NCBI GenBank assembly: GCA_964016885.1
Contig: OZ024743.1
Span: forward strand, 102,548,001 to 102,612,000
Reading direction: 5' to 3'
Source: Eledone cirrhosa
Lineage: Eukaryota
Length of the DNA stretch: 64,000 bases
Shown: piece by piece, positions 57,674-64,000 of the stretch
Layout of the letters: each line of letters opens with the position of its first letter
How positions within the stretch are numbered: the stretch's first letter is position 1
Position numbers and translations under genes: made by a program
Notes under the pieces: model-generated
The model's database searches: none
The model's input: the letters and a program-made list of their open reading frames with translations, nothing else
Told to the model about the DNA's origin: nothing

Positions 57674-57945
57674 GTAAGTATGTATGTATACGTACATACA
57701 TATATGTATACAGACGTACAGTAGCATGCATATATATATATATATATATAGGTACACATACATATATGTACGTATCAGTTTAGCGAACGTTTATTGTAAC
57801 GCCCGCTTTGTCCGTTTGTAAACAAACTGACAGCCTGAATTTATGCCGTACGGTGTTAAGGCAACCACGTCACCTTTTTGTTCAACACTGACACAGGAAC
57901 GATGTGCCGTACTAAGAGTGAGAAATGAAATTTCGTTTTCATTTT
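57670..57945 (-). repeat. Family B partial unit with 5' inversion
   Basis: 57670-57904 is in minus orientation; 57905-57945 is a plus-orientation piece of the same unit. Confidence 0.8.
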
Positions 57946-57951
57946 TTACAA

Positions 57952-58015
<64 letters not shown>

Positions 58016-58067
58016 CGTATATATATATATATATATATCCATATATATATATGTCTATATCTCACTC

Positions 58068-58185
<118 letters not shown>

Positions 58186-58552
58186 TATATATCCTTAGGT
58201 TGTTTTTCGCTTTACAGTTAATTGTTAATATTTATATTCTACATCATATTCTCTATGTATTTTGAACAATAGTTAGTTTTCCTCAGGCGAAAGCGTACTT
58301 CTGCCCTACCATACATTATTTATTTCAGAGCGACAAGTAAACGTATAAAAATCGAGATAAATAGCCAGATATCTCAACGTTTACCGCAAGGCTAAACAAG
58401 TTGTGAGCAGTTTTGTATGTTGTAAACATTAAATATGATACTACATATGGAAATATATACCGATCCAGTGTGTATATATGCACATTCGCATACTCACTCA
58501 GACACGATAATCCATATATATATATACATACATAATATATATATATATATAT

Positions 58553-61348
58553 ACAATATATTAATAAATGGAAACTATATTTATAAAACCATATTTACTT
58601 TATTATATATATTTCAAGGGCATCAAAGGAAAATTATGCTGCGCTTCCATCAGATAAAATACAGATTTGTTTTATAAATAAATAAATATTGACATACCCG
58701 GAGAAAAAGAACAACCTTAACCGTTGGAGCTTCCTGCATAGTGGAGATAATATTTTATTGAGGGTAATACAAAGTTATGAGTGAGTACGCAAATGAGTGT
58801 CCGAAAAGTTGAAAATATAACGGTTTATTTAAATTAAACTGTTGGAAGAAGATGATATGTAAGGGAGAGAGAAAAAAGAAGAGGAAGGAGAAAGAGAGAA
58901 GATGAAAGAAAGAACGATTATACATAGTGATAGTGAAGAAAGTCAGAGTGAATGAAGAAATGAGTTTTAATGGAAAAATATACATTGCGTAAATATATCT
59001 AAATGAAAGAAGAAGTGAAAGAAGAAATAAGATTAACGTGGAAGAATAATATTTAGAATGTAGGGTTCATTACGTTGTGATTATAATATTGATAATGATA
59101 GGTTGAAAAATTAAATAAAAATAAAAAATTAAAAATAAAAATTATAGTTTAAAATGTGCCTTAATTTTAAAGATTTAATTTAATATTAATATTAAAAATT
59201 AAAAATTAAAATTATTACGGAAGTATTTATATTATATTAAGATGTATTAGTAATAATATATTGGTTTAGATGTGTATGTTATGGATTATACATTATTTAA
59301 ATAAATATATAGTATTATACATTAGAGAAAATCTAGCATAATTTATTTTATTAAAGTAAGTTTGGCAAAATTATATTTATCAATAGTATGTCAAAACTTA
59401 AACATCCAAAAATTCTAAATTTATGAAAATTTACGAGAGTTTGCAAAGGAATAACTACTTAATTATATTATAAAAATAGTAAGGAAGTATATAGGAAGTT
59501 AGAAGTGACTTTTTAAGAACTCAAATGACTCCAAAGATACATAAAAAAAACCTTTAAAAACATTTTTTAAAAAATTTTTTATGAGAAGTCATGAATGTTA
59601 TAAAGTTAAAAAATGTTATGTTAAGAATATAATTAAAACATAAACCATATGTTAATTCATAAGAAGTTATAAATTTATCTTAAGAATATAATTAAAACAT
59701 AAACCATAGGTTATTTTATAAGAAGTCATACTTATAAAGTTATAAAGTTTTAAAAAATTTATCTTAAGAATATAGTTAAAACATAAACCATAGGTTATTC
59801 CACATATATATAAAAAACCTATATATAAAAATCAAATGTTATTCCACATATATATAAATATTTGGATACATATATTAAAAATGTTTGAAGATATAAAATA
59901 TTGGAAGATAAGAAAATAATGGTTTTTCTATATCTTTCAAAGAATTTTCTAAAACCTCCAGAAAGCTTTCCAAGGAAAATTTTCCTTTAAAGAAATTCAA
60001 GTAGTCATATAAAAAAAAAGGTTATAATCTATTGATAAGTGTAATAATATAAAATATATTTATGAGGTAGAGATAATAGAAAGTAAATTAAATATATATG
60101 AATCATGGTGGTTGGATATAGAAAACATTATGTAAAGGAGATTAACCATATATTACATTTTATATATATATCTAAAAGTTGAGTTTAAACAATGTCTACA
60201 GGAACTAAATAAATTATTTCGCAAATAAATAGAGTTCTTACTTTTTAGTATAAAGAATATTTCTTCAACGCAAAGGGAGCAATTTTTGGATAGAGCCGGG
60301 TATGAAGGAGCTTTGGAGATAATTTTCGAAGATAAAGAATAGTTAATATTCTTGGATTTTAAGTTCCATAATAAGTTGGATAGAGAAGTTGAAGATTTTT
60401 TTACCAATATTCGTAAAGGAACATATATGGTTATTGAAACGAGATTTGAAGTCTGTGGAAGTAGAGCCGACATAGTTAAAGGAATTTTCATTGGTTTTGA
60501 AATTACAATTGTATACTATATTTTTAACTAAACAGTTATTATTTAGAGGACAGTTAGATTTATTTCTACAATTACATTTATCTGAATTTATGTTATTGGG
60601 AGCCGTAACATTATATTGGATATTGCTAGAGGTATTAATGCTATTCTGGTTAGGTTTTAAGTTTCTATTATTAATTCTATTAATATTCTGCGCTAAATTC
60701 ATAGTGGTGGAATATGAGAGTTTAATACTATGTCTATTAACGATTGAGTAATATATGTGTGTCTTAGGAAAGCACTTATCTAGAGCTTTAAAAATTAATT
60801 TAGCTATTGGAGTTTTAATACTTAATGAGAAAGCGGGAGCGAACCATAATATATTTCTAGTTCTATTTCTTCTTTTGATTTTCGAGTTAGTGCAAGCTTT
60901 CTTATTATAATTCTATTTATAGTTATGGTTAATTGGCACATCCTTATTATCAATGTATTTAATTTCATTACTATAGCCTGCTCTACTTAACGCTTCGTTA
61001 TAATATTGCGCCTTATCTTCAAATATATTTGTATTCGCTGAAATTCTAGAAATATGTTGGTACACAGAATTTACAATAGTGTTTTTAACGGATCTGGAAT
61101 TAAACATAGTTTAAATTCTCATTGATTTTATGAACTGGATAATAAAGACCAGTATTAAGGTTTAAAGTTACATCTAAAAAAATTAACTATTTTATAATTA
61201 TTCTCTACTTCTACTTTAAGATTAACGGTATAAAAAATTATATAATTTCTTTTCTTTTCATATTTATTTCACAATTATTATTATTTTCAATAGGCAATAG
61301 TATAACATTTTTAAGCGTGTTGAATCCCAACAAATTAAATATAACCTC

Positions 61349-61350
<2 letters not shown>
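58553..61350 (-). mobile_element. Penelope-like element remnant (RT C-terminus, GIY-YIG endonuclease, AT-rich 3' region, pLTR)
   Basis: FLDVTLNL, RTRNILWFAPAFS, KCNCRNKSNCPLNNNCLVKNIVY..YVGSTSTDFKSRFNNH, CSLCVEE..SCRH. pLTR 58553-58730 is homologous to 21765-21920. An inverted pLTR end is at 61319-61350. Confidence 0.85.
58596..58661 (-). ncRNA. Type I hammerhead (family A) in the PLE pLTR, core mutated to CUGAUGG
   Basis: tattttat-CTGATGG-aagcg..ccctt-GAAA-tatata-TA-ataaagta. Confidence 0.65.
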
Positions 61351-61402
<52 letters not shown>

Positions 61403-61406
<4 letters not shown>

Positions 61407-62341
61407 AGTACAGCATAGACGAAGCTCTAGTATACGGCCAAGCTAGCGTGTATGCTTATTCCGTTTGTAGCTTTAGCACTCATATGAGGTAAGACCCCAG
61501 AGTATAACATTATGTTCAGACAGCTTAGCAAATTAGATATAGCAGTCGGCAGTCCGACTGCATCACTAGAGCAACGAAAATAGAGGACCCAAGTAAAGAT
61601 TTTTTACTGACCTGGACATAACGCTGAGGCTGGGTGTAAAATATACAATCCACATGGTATTTCCACAATATTGATCGCAAAATCGCACGCAGTGACAGCG
61701 CTAAGTTTCTGCAAATCCATGATCGACAAATTCCTATTGCAGGAGTCTGCAATATAATGGTTTTTGACGACAGAACATAGGATTTACTTCTTCAGCAAGT
61801 CTTTCGTTCTTAGCCAAAGCGGGTATGCTGTGACTTTAAAGGTCGCCACAGACACATGGTTTTGTCCGAAGGGTGGTAACCCCCACTTAGGCGGTGTATT
61901 CTAATTTGAGATAAAGGAATGAATCCCCTTATTCAAACCGAATAAAGCACTCGACTAGAAGTTATCAAACAAACTTAAACAATTAATTAATCAATAGAAT
62001 CATCAAATAAAATTAATCAGTTAATCGTTAATTCTAGGAGTAAATATAAATTTTAGTACAGCATAGACGAAGCTCTAGTATACGGCCAAGCTAGCTTGTA
62101 TGCTTATTCGGTTTGTAGCTTTAGCACTCATATGAGGTAAGACCCCAGAGTATAACATTATGTTCAGACAGCTTAGCAAATTAGATATAGCAGTCGGCAG
62201 TCCGACCGCATCACTAGAGCAACGAAAATACAGGACCCAGGTAAAGATTTTTTACTGACCTGGACATAACGCTGAGGCTGGGTGTAAAATATACAATCCA
62301 CATGGTGTTTCCACAATATTGATCGCAAAATCGCACGCAGC
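61403..62341. repeat. Partial tandem duplication, ~650-bp unit, 1.45 copies, flanked by (TA)n
   Basis: 61403-61692 recurs with few mismatches at 62051-62341. Confidence 0.88.
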
Positions 62342-62353
62342 GTATATATATAT

Positions 62354-63862
<1,509 letters not shown>

Positions 63863-64000
63863 GAATATGAAAATGTGAAGTAGTTACAGATGTTAAAGTG
63901 CTTTATTGATAAGGTTGTGATACACATTTCAATGACGACAGTGGCCACGCGATTTCGTGTACCCAGAGCCATGAGCTCATCTGACAGCTTTTTACATAAT

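Noticed and set aside
61760-61825. Minus-strand GAAA...CTGAAGA as a second rearranged hammerhead
   Set aside because: No valid helix III plus UH partner could be placed.

Overview
AT-rich, microsatellite-dense animal genomic DNA; the repeat content points to an octopus or related coleoid cephalopod (inference). The window lies inside a + strand NMDA-receptor gene of the GluN3 (NR3) type. Two coding exons, 6554-6822 and 36566-37607, splice in frame across a ~29.7 kb intron. The introns hold decayed Tx1/L1, R4/Dong-like and HERO-like LINEs, a Penelope-like (GIY-YIG) remnant, a mariner remnant, non-autonomous Helitrons nested in a hAT MITE, a solo LTR and ~20 tRNA-derived SINEs. The main finding is a dense set of hammerhead ribozyme (HHR) motifs: about 17 complete or nearly complete ones from at least 7 sequence families, on both strands. 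They include (i) a ~440-bp tandem, retrozyme-like unit with one minimal type I HHR per unit, showing helix covariation, and one copy truncated exactly at the predicted cleavage site; (ii) HHRs in Penelope pseudo-LTRs, several as mirror-image pairs; (iii) a non-circularly permuted (rearranged) hammerhead in the 3' UTR of the HERO-like LINE. All structures were read by eye; nothing was folded or searched computationally.
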